In this document: positions 1 through 15,160 of the stretch, in pieces | Position numbering within the stretch: the stretch's first letter is position 1 | How the letters are laid out: each line of letters starts with the position of its first letter | NCBI RefSeq assembly: GCF_009914755.1 | Contig: NC_060925.1 | DNA from: the human T2T-CHM13v2.0 reference genome, Homo sapiens | DNA length: 64,000 nt | Strand: one strand, 5' to 3' | Position numbers and translations under genes: made by a program | Notes under the pieces: model-generated | The model's database searches: none | Seen by the model: only the letters and a program-made list of their open reading frames with translations | What the model was told of the DNA's origin: nothing

Positions 1-2143
1 AAAAGTCTGCAGGGCTTGAAACAGAGTAGGGGAAGCATTGAACCTTCCTCAAGTCAGGAGGCACAGCATCATCTGGGTGCCAGCAAAGGAAATCTGACAA
101 ACCTCACCTGTCAGGGGCCTTGTGCTGTGTGGATCACCCTGCTTCCCTAAAAATCTTTGAGTTTTCTTGGTAGTTTCCTGCTGTCCCTGAAGCTTGCTGG
201 TCTTCCAGCCCCTGCATCTGTGGCTGGTGGATTCTCAAAAAAAATCCATGTTAATATCAAGCACAAAACTTAATTGGGAAGAGGGGTCTCCTGTTCTCCC
301 CCCATTGCTAATTGATACCAGAAAAGCTGCTTCTGTCCTTCATTTAGGCAGATAATTGAGAACTTGTTTGCTTAAAGGCAACTGATTTTGACTTTATGCC
401 TATAGGTGCCAGATATTTTTCATGCATCAATTCATTTAATTTCCATGCCGATCCTGCAAGTACGTCCTATTTTCCGATCTTATCGATGAGGAAATTGAGT
501 CTCAGAGACTTATCCAAGGGCACTGTGTTTGTAAGTGGCAGGATTTGAACCCGGCAGGCCCTGAGATCTTTCTGCAGTCCCGTGCTCCCCTCCTTTATGC
601 GGTTTTCCTTTTCCCTTTGAGGAGGGGAGGGAGAGATTCATCACATGCCTGGAATCTCAGCACACTTTGCCTTTCTTAGTTCGGAGTTAATGTATGTTTT
701 TTTAATTCAGTGTTGGCAAGGCCCAGTCTGGTCATAGCTGGGTTTGTTACCTTGTGGCTCAGGGGCAAGGATGAGAATAGAATTCTGGTACCCACACGGG
801 CTCCCTAGGCCTGGTGTCAGGAAAGAGCTAATACTAATGGCTCATAATTGCAGAGTGGCAGGCACCTTGGTAGTGCATGGCTCGTGGGAGCTTTCTCAGT
901 TCTCAGCTACTCCAAGAGGTGGGGTGCATCATTATCTCTGTTTTGCCTCCATTGAACTTGCCCAGGGTTGAGCAACCAAGAGTTAGAAGCACCACATTCT
1001 GCTCGCCCCGGAGTCCTGCCTCTCCACTCTGTGTCTTTCCTTGAGCAGCGCCAACCCTCCCAGGGCCTGGCCCGGCTGTGCCTTTGACAGCCCCTAGCAG
1101 CAGTGCCCATATGCTATGGAAAATGGGGAAGGATAATTGACCACTTGGCCACAGGCCCAGGGTCTGCCCACCTCTTGGTTAGAGCCAGCACTGAGCTCCC
1201 TGCCATGGGGTTCATCTTCCCACTGGCCTGTTGGTTGAGAGGATGGTCTCAGACCAGGCCCCAACACCACCTTCTTGCAGATACATCCCCAGTCCAGGGC
1301 AGTGCAGGTGGTTTGTGATGGTGCCAGCCCATGTTGGCATGTTGGGCCCAAGATGAGGTGGCATTTCTGAGTTTTGGAACCCCTCTTTCTCCTTGAGAGC
1401 CTGGCCCCAGAGTGCCCTCCTCTCTGTAAAAGTCCTGGTTCTAGTCGCTGGCTGATTGGTATGCATCCCAGAATCCCGGCCATTAGCATACAAGGCGGGA
1501 GCCAGCTCTCATTACTCCCCTCTCTTCATTGTTTGAAGTGGGCAGACTTGGAGTGAGCTTTGGAAATGTGGGCTTTTTATTCAATTTCCCTAGAAAAACA
1601 ATGGTTAAATTAAGTAGGAAAATAACAGTCTCCCGAAATTGAAGAAAAATATTCCTGAACCTAGACATTACCCACAACCTTTGAATTTCTTTTAAAACAG
1701 GCATTTGTTTTACTTTAAGTTATACATGTATCGCATGACCACTGAAGAAAACACAGAGAAAATACAGAGAGAAGAAAATGGAAATCATTTTGCCACCTGA
1801 AGACAGCCTCTCTCAATATTGTGGTGCATATCATTCATGTATTCAGTGATTCATTTACTCATTTGGCAAGTATCTATTTAGGGCCCACAAAGGGAGAGGC
1901 TGTGTTGGGTTCTGGGAGTAGACGCTGGGAGTAGAGGGGTACCCTGCTCCCTGCTGGGGCTCTTTCTATGTTGGGCCTTGGGCAACTCACTTGACCCTTC
2001 TCTTATCTGTTTTCTCATCTGTGGAATAGGGATAACACTAGTAGCTGTGTCATAAGGCATGGAGATTTGACAAGAAAGGGCAGGTAGGATGCTCATGATA
2101 TTGCGTGGCCCAGGTCAAAGCTTAGTAATGTTGGCTTTTGTCA

Positions 2144-2973
2144 TGTAGGGGAGGAATATCTTTTCTTCTACCCTGTTAGGTTCTGTGATAGAGCCTATGA
2201 ATTAAACTGACAAAAGACAGATTAATAGGAGAAAAGGCATATAGATTTTATTTAATGTTACTATATATATGTATTTTTTTACTGTAAGGGGTCTCCATAG
2301 AAAAGAAATGAAAATCCAAAGAGGCAGTTAGACCCAGGAGCTTACGTAACATTTTAACAAAGGGCGATAAATTGTGGAGAAGTGAGGAGACAAAAGAAAA
2401 GTATTGGACTCTTAGGGGTCAGTAAATTTCAGGAAAGTGACTAGGAAATGTATGGTAGATAAGGGTGGTTTAGTAAGGTTTGTTATGCAGATAAAGTAAG
2501 GTAGAGGGGTACACCTTTGCAAATGGAAATTTATGTCACCTTTACAAAGGGAAATGTGTGCCCTGCTTTTAGGCAGAAAAGGGGAGGCAAAGAGCTCTTC
2601 CTGTATTGGCTGCTGCTCAAGTACCTTGAGCTCAAAATAATTCTTTTTTTTTTTTTTTTTTTTTTTTTGAGACAGCATCTTGCTCTGTTGCCCAGGCTGG
2701 AGTGCAATGGTCTTGGCTCACTGCATCCTCTGCCTCCTGGGTTCAAGCAATTCTCCAGCCTCAGCCTCCTGAGTAGATGGGATTACAGGTGCGCACCACC
2801 ACACTCAGCTAATTTTTGTATTTTTAGTAGAGACAGGGTTTCACCATGTTGGCCAGGCTGGTCTTGAACTCCTGACCTCAAATGATTCTCCTGCCTCAGC
2901 CTCCCAAACTGCTGGGACTATAGGTGTGAACCACCACTTCTGGCCCTGGGATGGCATATTCTGATCCTTTTCA
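2144..2973 (-). mobile_element. ERV1 solo LTR, MER34/MER39-like, split by an Alu
   Basis: TG...CA ends, 4-bp TSD gtca/gtta; gccctgcttttaggcagaaaaggggaggcaaagagctcttcctg and ggatggcatattctgatccttttca match recalled MER34-family reverse complement. Confidence 0.75.
2644..2945 (-). mobile_element. Alu (S-like)
   Basis: Poly-T followed by Alu reverse complement. Confidence 0.95.
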
Positions 2974-3014
2974 GTTACAACAGTGAGTAAGCTGACATTA
3001 ACCTTGCCCTGGTG

Positions 3015-3377
<363 letters not shown>

Positions 3378-4341
3378 TAACCACATGTTATGCATTAAGT
3401 CCTGTGAAGGAAACAGACTGGTGGATGGTGATAACTGGGGATGAGGGGTAGAGAGGGTGTATGTGGGGGTGGGGGTACAGGATTCGTTAGCTGCAGGTGG
3501 TCAGGGAGGCCTCTCTGAAGAGAGACATTTAAGCCAGACCTGAATGACAAGCAGGAGCTCCCCCTGCAAGGATCTGAGGGAAAAGTATTCCGGGTAGGAG
3601 CTACAGCAAATGCAAAAGCCCTGAGGCCAGATGAACTTGGCCTGTTTAGGAGGGTGTGGAAGAGGCCATGTTAGTTAGGACTGTTACTCTAGGTGCAAAA
3701 GGAAACCATCGGAGGTTTGTTTTCCACTTCCCATAAATACCTTTACTAATGAAATATAGTTCCAAGATTCCAGCTAGTAAAAACTCTGTTAAGAAATTCA
3801 CCTTTTTCCAATAATTTATTCAAAAATAATTTACCAAGTGCCTATGATGTGGAAGCACTTGACTCAGTGCTGTGGGGTGATGGATGGGTATAAAGATATG
3901 GTGAAGTTTTACGCTCCAATAACCCATGGTCCAGCAAACAAGACTACGAACATTTGCAGGGTCAAGGGCAGGGAGGGACTGATTTACCTTTGCAAAAGAT
4001 CCCATGTCTGCTGGGAGGAGAACTGGCTGTAGAGAGCCAGGGTGGAGGGGTGGAGCTGGGAACCAGAGGAAAGGCAAGGAAAGGTTCCCATTTGGCAGTG
4101 GAATAGGAGAAAAGTCTGGGGTTTGGGTTATATATCAGCTGGAATCAACTGGAATTTCTGGTGGATTGTACACAGGGGTGAGGGAAAGAGAAGAACTGAG
4201 CATGACTTCTAGATTCTTCTTTTGAGTCTCTGAGTGAGTGGTGGTGTCATGAAAGGAGACGGTTAAGAGGGAGTGAGGAGCATGGCTTTTGGAGAAACCA
4301 AGGGTTAGGTTTGGGGCAGGTTCACATTGAAAGGCTGGTTA

Positions 4342-4673
<332 letters not shown>

Positions 4674-6309
4674 AGAAGTCCAAGGGGGTAGTGAGGGCCT
4701 CTGGGCTGGAGATGCAAACTTGGGCATCCTTAACATATAAAGGGGACAGGTGTGACCACCCAGAGAGACAATTCAGAGGAGAGATCCCTCCACAGGGAGG
4801 TGAGCTCTGGGAGCTCTTATATTTATAGTCTGGTGGAGGAGGAGGAGCCAGGGCAGGCAGCCTGGGAGCTAGGGGAAGATGGGTGCAAGGAACTTACCTT
4901 TAGTGCCAGGTGCTGAACTAAACACCTGGGGAGGATCGGCCCCTGGTCCTCACGATAAGTCTGTGAGGTGCAGGTGCTATTAAGCGTCTCACCTTATCGA
5001 AGCGGAAAGAGGCCCGGAGGTGACCCAGTGCACCTGCCAGCAGGTGCACGACTGTGTAGGGAGTGAGGATTCACACCAAGGGGGGCAGTCCACCTCGTTT
5101 GCCCACGGCATTCCCGTGTTGCAGAGGAGGATTCCAAAGCTTGTGGTTTTGTTCATTTGTTTTCATTTGTCTGTCCTTGCATTCCTCTCCTCCCAACACA
5201 TATTTACTAAGCACCTACTGAATGCTGTGCACTGGGCAAGGAACTGGAGATTCCAAGATGAGTAAGGTGTGGCGCCCCTTAATCTGGTGAGGGAGGTGGA
5301 TGGGCAACAGCTGAAGGGTGGGCGGTGCCTGATGCAGGTGGAGGGACTCCGAGGAGGCTTCCCAGGGGAGTGTCCAAGCCAAGCAGTGGAAAAGGCAGAG
5401 TTAGGTCAGGAAGCAGGAGGCATCCAGGCATGTGCCAAGGCTCAGGGGAGGGAATAGCAGGGCCATGTCAGGGAGGGTGCAGGAGGGTGCTGCTCAGGAG
5501 CTCTGTCCATTGTACTAGGGGCTTGTACTTTATCTTGTGGGCCCTGCGAGCCAGTCAACTGTTTCAAGCTAGGGGATGACGGGATTAGAACTTTTTGTTT
5601 GGGGTAGAGATTGGGCTGCAAGGGACAGAAGAGTTACCAGGGAGAGCTTTCAAGGCTGTTAAAAGGCTCTCGATTCCTAGGTCATTCTCTGAACCCTGCT
5701 GCTTCCTTACTCCTTCCCAAATTCTGCTCATTTTTCTCTTCCAAAAAGATTTCCGAGTCAGAGAGGTTAAGCAACTTGCCTGAGGTCTCCCAGCGTGCCA
5801 GGTCATCCAGGCTGGGACTGGTCTTCTAACTAAAACAACCACAGTCCCAGGGGTGGAAGCGGATGGTGAGTAACCCCAGGGAGCGGCTCACTGGAGGCTT
5901 GAGTTGAAGGTCACCGTCCACAGTCCCCGTGTGGCTTTAAACATTGCCTTTTTGCAGTCTCAGAGAACAGTTGGTGCTTCTGGGCAGGAGGAGCTGGGCT
6001 GCTGCTGGGAGCCAGGGCTGGGGCTTTCCCAGAGCTGCACGGGTTATTTAAGCAGTTTCCTGGGCATCTGCTTCCTCCCCAATGAGTGATGGGAAAACTC
6101 CATGGGGCTGGTGCAGGATTCGATTAACAGGTCACATGAGGCCAGTGAGGGAGGCAGTCCCTGCTGGGAAGGGCAGATGCCAGGCAGAGGGCGAGGGGAG
6201 GGGGAGATGGGGAGCACTTCCCAGAGCCCTGTGCTATGAGCTCTGTCACTTTGGGCAGGTGTCTCACCTCTCTGCAGTCTTGGGTCCCTCGCCTGTAGAG
6301 ATAATATGA

Positions 6310-6777
<468 letters not shown>

Positions 6778-7368
6778 TGACACAGCTAAGGAACAGAAAG
6801 GGTAGATATTTTGTCCCAGGTCACACAGCTAGTAAATGGCAGAATTTGAACCTGACCCTCTAACTCTGGAGCCCTCCCCTGAAATCCCTGTGGTCCCCCT
6901 TCAAACTTTGTTCAGCTGAGCATGAGTCCCTTCCTTGGCAAATCACTTGATAGGATCCTGTGGGGCACTAGCATTCTGCCCACTTGACTTTGGGACACCC
7001 CAGTCCCTACAACCCCTTAAGTTTTATCACGAAGACTTGGAGCTCCAGTGGGCCTCAGCCCCTGGCTCATCATCTTTCAGCCAAGTGGGGCAGACCCGGG
7101 ACCAGAACCCCAGCATCCCAGACTCCTGGCCTTCTGCTCCTTTCACTCCTCCAGGGCCTCAGAGGGGGACTGGACTGGGAGGCAGTTGCCTGGGTTCTAA
7201 TCCCACTTCTTCCTTGGACCAGCCAGAAGAGCTTGGGCAACATTTCACTTTGCCCCCTGCCTTTACCCTAAGCCTCAGTTTCCTCTTCTGTGAGATGGGT
7301 AGATTGAGAATCTAGAATCTCTACCAATTCTAATAATTCATAAGTGTAAGATTTCAGGTTTCTATCTA

Positions 7369-7826
<458 letters not shown>

Positions 7827-8576
7827 CTATCACTTGAGTACCACTGGGTGCCAGGCACTGTGCTGGCTGCATCATGAATTATTTTTTTGCCTACTCAACA
7901 GGGAGGCGAGTATGATTAGCTCCATGTTAAATGTGAGAACTGAGACACAAAACGTTTAGCTAACTTTCCCAAGGGTCAAGTGATTGCATGACCTGTATAT
8001 GAAAGCTGGACTTCAAAGACCAGAGGAAGTGCAGAGGATACGTTTGCTAGGTGCTTCCTTGTGGGGGTGGGTACGGCCTCTCTACCTCACGTCCCATCAC
8101 TTGGAGCTCTCTGCAAAACCCGTTCTCCCGGGCCCTAGATGCAAAAATCCACCCAGTTCATCCGCCCTTGAGAAATGATGTTGAGTCAGATCTGGAAACA
8201 CTAAATGGGTGAGTCACAGTGAGGATGGTGAGGGGCTGGGCAGGGAGGAACAGTGCTTAGCCCACCATTGGCCAGAGCTCAGCCTTGCCAAGGAGCCCAG
8301 CCCAGGGGGCAGGCCTCAGCTATTTACAGAGAAGGGGACTTGGGAGCAGAGAGAGGATGCGGCTGGCAGGGAGGGAGACAGAGGAGCTGAGGGTCAGACA
8401 GCAGAGCTAGAAGAGTTTTCAGGGATCATCTAGTCCACACATAGGACATCTCAGTCCCAGAGAGGGGCTGGGACTTACCCTAGGTCACACAGCCCATGAT
8501 GCCAGACCCAGCAATAGAAGGGGATTTTGGGAGGCTGAATCCTCAGCCTCCCTCCCTCCCTCCTTTCCTTCCTTCC

Positions 8577-8882
8577 TTTTTTTTTTTTTTTTTTTTTGAC
8601 AGGGTCTTGCTCTGTCGCCCAGGCTGGAACACAGTGGCATGATTACAGCTCACTGCAGCCTTGATTTCCTGGGCTCAGGTGATCCTTCAACCCACCTCAG
8701 CGTACCGAGTAACTGGAGCTACAGGCACATGCCAACATGCTAAGCTAGTTTTTGCATTTTTTTGTAGAGATGGGGTTTTGCCACGTTGCCCAGGCTGGTC
8801 TCAAACTCCTGCGTTCAAGCGGTCTTTCTGCCTTGGCCTCCCAAAGTGCCTGGATTAGAGGCATGAGCCACTGTGCCCGACC
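8577..8882 (-). mobile_element. AluJ-like
   Basis: Poly-T/(CCTT)n tail plus Alu dimer. Confidence 0.94.
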
Positions 8883-9360
8883 CTGGCCACTTTCATGGGC
8901 ATGACTTTCTGACCAGGCACTATGCTGTTTGCCTTCTCTTTCTCCAATCAGGAGAACAAGAACAAACAGCAACAATAATAAAGGAATCATCTTGCTAAAT
9001 CCTAAGCATGTGTGTTGCCAATATGGGTAGACTGTACCCAAGTCCCACCTCCTCCTCTTCCTAGGTGGATGACTCTGGGCAAGGCACGTTACTCCTCTTA
9101 GCCTCCAAGTTCCTTTAGCTGCGTCATGGTTTAAGCAGATTCTGAAATTGCAGCACTTCTCAGTGCCTTTAACATGTGGAGTATTGTTATTCTCCAGCAG
9201 GGAGACTTCTGCTGTGGTTTTCCATTGTTCTTTGAGTATTGAATGCTTTTTTTTTTCTCCCAATGAGCACCTATTGACATATTTCAGGGCACAGATGTTT
9301 CCCCAAATATACAGATTGACAACACTGGTGTCAGTGGTTTGTCAGGACTGTTTAAACTAC

Positions 9361-9650
<290 letters not shown>

Positions 9651-10032
9651 TAAGCTTTTAAACTCAGACACTGTGGACTGATTATGGAGTTTTGGGGGAC
9701 ACATCTACTGAGCTGTGACAGTCAACCCCCCTCTGGGGTCAGGAGCACCATAACCATGCCCCACCTGCATCTGTTCTTGCTTCTTTCTGTCGTGTCCCTT
9801 CTACCCTGGAGCACCCATTGCTTTACAGCGGGAGCCTTCCTGGGAGGAAGGTCAGGCTCCTGTAATTGGAACCACCCTGCCTTTGTGGGGCAGGAAGACT
9901 GGCTGAGATGTCTTGGGCAGCAGCAGCTGCCCTACAAAGGCTCTTCCCAGGGACGCTGGCTCACCTGGGAGCATATTTGGAGGCAAAGAGGATGGCGAGG
10001 GAGAAGCAGAGACTCCCAATTAGGTTAGGGCA

Positions 10033-10330
10033 GCCTGGGAGCACGGGGTTGAGCCTGGGAGCACGGGGGTGGGCCTGGGAACACAGGGATGAGCCTGGGA
10101 GCATGGGGGGGGCCTGGAAACACAGGGGGGCCTGGGAGCATATGGGGGGCCTGGGAGCATTGGGGGAGGCTGGGAGCCCGGAGAGGGGCCTGGGAGCACA
10201 GGGGGAGGCTGGGAGCACGGAGGTGAGCCTGGGAGCATAGAGGTGGGCCTGGGAGCATGGCGGTGGGGGGGGGCCTGGGAGCACAGGGCGGGCCTGGGAG
10301 CACGGGGGTGGGCCTGGGAGCATGGGGGTA
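10033..10330. repeat. G-rich minisatellite, ~20-bp unit GCCTGGGAGCACGGGGGTGG, about 15 diverged copies
   Basis: Core (c)ctgggagca recurs roughly every 20 bp. Confidence 0.95.
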
Positions 10331-10500
10331 AGCTTGGCTCTGTCATTCACCCTTTTATGACCTTGGGCAAGGCACAGTCCTCTCTGGGCCTCAGTTTCCT
10401 CATCTGTGAAATGAAGGCCTGGGCTTAGTGATTTGTTGATTGCCTTCAGGGCTGACGTTCTGTGAACTGAGTAATGGAGGAATAGGTACATTTCGTACCT
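10331..10500 (+). mobile_element. MIR fragment
   Basis: tgaccttgggcaag...gcctcagtttcctcatctgtgaaatg core. Confidence 0.8.
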
Positions 10501-10640
10501 TTTGGCCACACCCTGGTTTGCTGGGTTTCTTGGGGTCCACCAAGGCTTGCCCCATCAGGAACTTTTCTCTCTCAGAAGGCGCAGTGTGTGCGAAGGTGCT
10601 GGAGACTGGCAGGTGGCCTAAGCACCCTGGGAACTGAGAG

Positions 10641-10840
10641 CTAGTAATTCTCATATGTTAATGTGAGCCAGGGTCACCCAGACAAGCCTGCTAAGAAGGC
10701 AGATTCTTGGGCCTCATCCCAAGAGACTCTAGTATTATAGGTTGGTATCAGGAGCTTAGCATCTGCATTTAAAAGAAGCCTCCCGTTCACTCAGGTGACT
10801 CTGAAGTCAGTAGTTCAAGGACCACTTTTTGAAAAAGGCC
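10641..10840. mobile_element. MER5-like hAT-Charlie DNA transposon
   Basis: gcagattcttgggcctcatccc...catctgcatttaaa...caggtgactctga...ggaccactttttgaaaa. Confidence 0.7.
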
Positions 10841-10865
10841 GTTAGACTCTTTGAGCCTTAGGAAA

Positions 10866-11390
<525 letters not shown>

Positions 11391-11479
11391 CTAACCTTTT
11401 GGGGTTGGTGACGGGCTCTGTGTTGGATGCCCTCACCTGCAGTATCAGCCTTCAAGAGCTAGTGACTCCTCTTCCCACA

Positions 11480-11632
11480 CACTGGTGTGTCCCAAACCTG
11501 GCTGATTGTCAGAATTGCCAGGAAGCTTTTGAACAAAATAGGAATTCCTGAGCCTCATCCTTAGAGATTCTGAAGCAGCAGATCTCGGCTGGGACCGCGG
11601 AATCCCCATGTTTGAAAAGCTTCTCAGGTCTT
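11480..11632. mobile_element. MER5A-like DNA transposon fragment
   Basis: cccaaacctggctg...cagaattgccagg...agagattctga...ttgaaaagcttctcaggt. Confidence 0.65.
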
Positions 11633-11974
11633 TTGTTAATTTATCATTCGTTCGACAAGTATGTCTCGAGGCCTGTGATGGAATGGCCTAGGCCCAGGGG
11701 AAGATGGCCTAGGTCCGGGGAAGGACTCATGTAATTGTAAGGCCAGACACAGTCTCGGACATTATGTCACCTGCTCTATGGCTTGGTAAAGGAGACAGAC
11801 GGTGATTACATAGGGATGATTGGCCAGGCTGGGGAAACACGTAGCAAGGAAATGGTTGGGTCAGACTAAATACTTGGGGTAAAGCTAGGATTCCTGGGTT
11901 GCTGAGCTCCAGTAAATTCCACACTGAAATAGAGCCCTGGGCACAGTGTCCTCTGACCACTACTTACATTCTCC

Positions 11975-12310
11975 TGTCATCCATCGACTCTTCCTCCCCA
12001 CCATCCACCCACTCGCCCATTCATTCATCTCTCCATTCATTTACCCACCCACCCGTGCATCCATCTGTCCATCTGTCCATCTGTCTACCCGTTTGTCCAT
12101 TGTCCATCCATCCATCCATTCACTCATCCATTCATCCATTTATCCATCCATCCATCTATGCATCCATCCATCCATCCACCCATCCATCCATCCATCCATC
12201 CATCCGCCTGCCCATCCATTCATCCATTTATCTACCCATCCACCTACTCATTCATTCATCTATCCATCCACCCACCCGCCCATTTATTCACCCACTCATC
12301 CACCCATCAT
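11975..12310. repeat. Degenerate (CCAT/TCAT)n tetranucleotide repeat
   Basis: catccatccatccacc... over about 335 bp. Confidence 0.93.
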
Positions 12311-14564
12311 CTCTTGAATCTCTTCGGCATGCTAAGGACTGCCCTGGGTATTGGAGAGACAGAAATGAAAGGCATTATTCTTGCCTTCAAGGAACTCACA
12401 GTCTAGTGGGCTGTCAGAAAACTAAGCAAATGATTCCAGTCCAGAGTGTTAGGTGCCCAGAGGGACAAGTGGCCAGCTGTCTGTCCCAGTGGTCATCATG
12501 GGAGACTGCTCTGATGCCAGCTGCATGTGCTAAGCAAAGTGTATTTGGGAGTGGCCCAGGCAGATGAGGTGGGGAATGGCTTTCAGGCCCTGGAAGGGTC
12601 TTGCCTTTGGGAAGGCAGGTCATCGTGGCTGGGGCAGGTGGGGACCTTTTCCTCTTTTGACACTCAGGTTCTCTTTGGTTTTGCAAGTGGTCCCACGAGG
12701 TCTGGGCCTCAGTAGATGCTTAGCCAACATGAGTTGTCAGTGAATGGGGAGATGAGTCAGAAAGGATGCCCTGTGAACCTCACTGAGGAGCTGTGGCTCT
12801 GTGGGGCCACAGATAGGGTCCAGGCAGGGGACAACACTGTGCCACAGGCTCCCTGGGCTGGGCAGGGAGAATGGTGGGGAGGGCTGAGGGGCCCTTCCCC
12901 AGCTTCCTCGGCTTTCAGCTCTTTTCTTGTGTAGATTGGAGCCTTTGCATTCATGAAAGCTGATGACTCCTTTCCACCAGTGAATTTCCTGCAACCCACA
13001 GGGCCCGGCCTCAGTTGGGGTGTGGGGGGAGCAGAATGATGTGGGGAGAGTGGTGGATGCTGTGGCAGCTAAGAGCCTTGGCCTCCGGAATCAGACTGCC
13101 TGATGTGGGAGTCTTACTTCTGCCATTTGTCAGCTGTGTGTCCTGGGGCAAGTGTCTCAACCTTTCTGTTTCAGTTCAGTTATTCAGTTGGGGATAATAT
13201 CAGTCCCTATCTCATATGGCTGTTGGGACGATTAGGAGTTATTTCTGGTAAAGCACTTAGTGCAATCCTGGTACATGGTAAGTATCGACACAAGGCAGCT
13301 TCGGTGTGGAGCTTTGGAGGCAGCCCTGTCACAGGGGCGGGACACTAGAAGGGGCTGGGTATTTATTAGCCTTGGAGCCAGAAGACCTGCTTGGAATCCC
13401 ACCCCTACCTCTGACTGATTGTAGAGACCTTGGCAGGCTGATTCAATGCTCTGAGCTCAGATTTGTCATCTGTGAATAGGGGACCGACACCCCCCAGGGC
13501 CGCTGGGAGGAGTCACTGGGTCTGATGGCTCATTCTCTGCATTGGGCTTATGATTGAGGTAGGAAAACTCTAAACAGGAGGAGTGAAATCTTCATTTGCT
13601 AGGGTGGCCTGGATGGCCATGCCTGGGGGTCAGTCTGTGGGGTCTGTAGGGCCACCTCTCTTGGCCCTGGCCTTTTCCCTTAGTTGCCCTCACTGTTGCA
13701 GGTTCCTAAGGAAAGGGACCGTCATGTGACTGGGGCCCAGGGTCTTCAGAACAAGGTGCTACAGGGGCAGAGGGTCAGGCTGGTGCCATTTCATTTGCAG
13801 GAGTGCTGGGGAGGGTGACTGTCCTCCTCCAGCCACACTGGGTCTGGGTGCCTGGGAGAGACTGAGGTTTCTGGTGCCTGCCCTGGGTTCAGCACTCCTG
13901 TCCCTCCACACCTCATGTTCCTGCTTGATTTGAATTCTCAGGGTTGGGTGACTCAGGCATGCCTGATGCCCTGCAAGATTTGGTTCACAAGCAGGTAAAT
14001 ATTAACCCACACGCATAGCTCCAAATGCAAACCTGTTTGGGCTGGCTTCTTGGGGGACAGCTAGGCTCCGAGTGTCCCCCTCTTCCCCCAGCTGATGGCC
14101 AAGGTAAGCAGGTGCCCTCCAGGGGAACGAGGTCACCTGCTTTGTGCCAGGTGATTGTACTGAATTCGCACCACTGTCCGGGGGCAGGGGCTGCTGTATC
14201 TATTTTACAGCAGAGGAGGAAACCAAGACATCAGGAGGAGGCCAGCTCGGTTTACACAGTTAATGAGAAATGGGCCTATGGCTAGAACCCAGGAGTGCCT
14301 CCCTGCAAAGTCCACACTTTCCCACCTGGATCTCCAGCTGTCTCCTTGCTGTTAGGGTCACAAGGCAATGCTATGTGTATCAGAGGCACCTGAGGTTTGC
14401 TTTCTGGCTCCACTTTGCCTGGGCCTCAAATGCCCCTTTTGTGAAGTGGGGCCAGGCTGGTTTGGGGTCCCTGATAGGCAGGAACCAGCCCAGGACACTT
14501 GAGTGCAGTAATGGGGCCTGGGCTTGGATTTGGGAGTAACCACCTGGCCAGCCAAACAACGATC

Positions 14565-14854
<290 letters not shown>

Positions 14855-14949
14855 CTCAAGCATCTCTTGAAGACCTGCCAGGAGGCACTGTGGGGACACC
14901 CAGGGAGGAGCCACAGTTTCTGTCCTCTGGGAGCTGACACGTGAGCAAG

Positions 14950-15160
14950 AGTGAGAACACAGGTTTAGGGGCTCCAGGACTGGGTTTGAATCTTGGGTCT
15001 TAGTAGCTGTGTGGTCTTGGGCAGGTGCCTTTGCCTTGCTCAGCCTTTGGGGCTCCCTCCAAAGATGGGAATAACAAGCCTTACTTCAGAGTGCATTGTG
15101 AGGCTAAAGTGAGATGGTGTCTGCAAAGCTCCCAGCACGTAGTAGGTGCTCAGTAAGGTG
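14950..15160 (+). mobile_element. MIR
   Basis: ctgggtttgaatcttgg...agctgtgtggtcttgggcagg...gtaggtgctcagtaa. Confidence 0.75.

Noticed and set aside
9866-10509. Repetitive ORFs (CSQAPP, VLPGPP, LGA) and CRISPR-like periodicity
   Set aside because: Products of the 20-bp minisatellite; no unique spacers or cas genes, eukaryotic context
11683-11724. Two-copy ~21-bp tandem repeat atggcctagg(c/t)cc...gggaag
   Set aside because: Isolated slippage duplication with no sign of function
11899-12567. 222-aa His/Pro/Ser/Ile-rich ORF
   Set aside because: Translation of the (CCAT)n repeat plus L2 sequence; the track start is not an ATG
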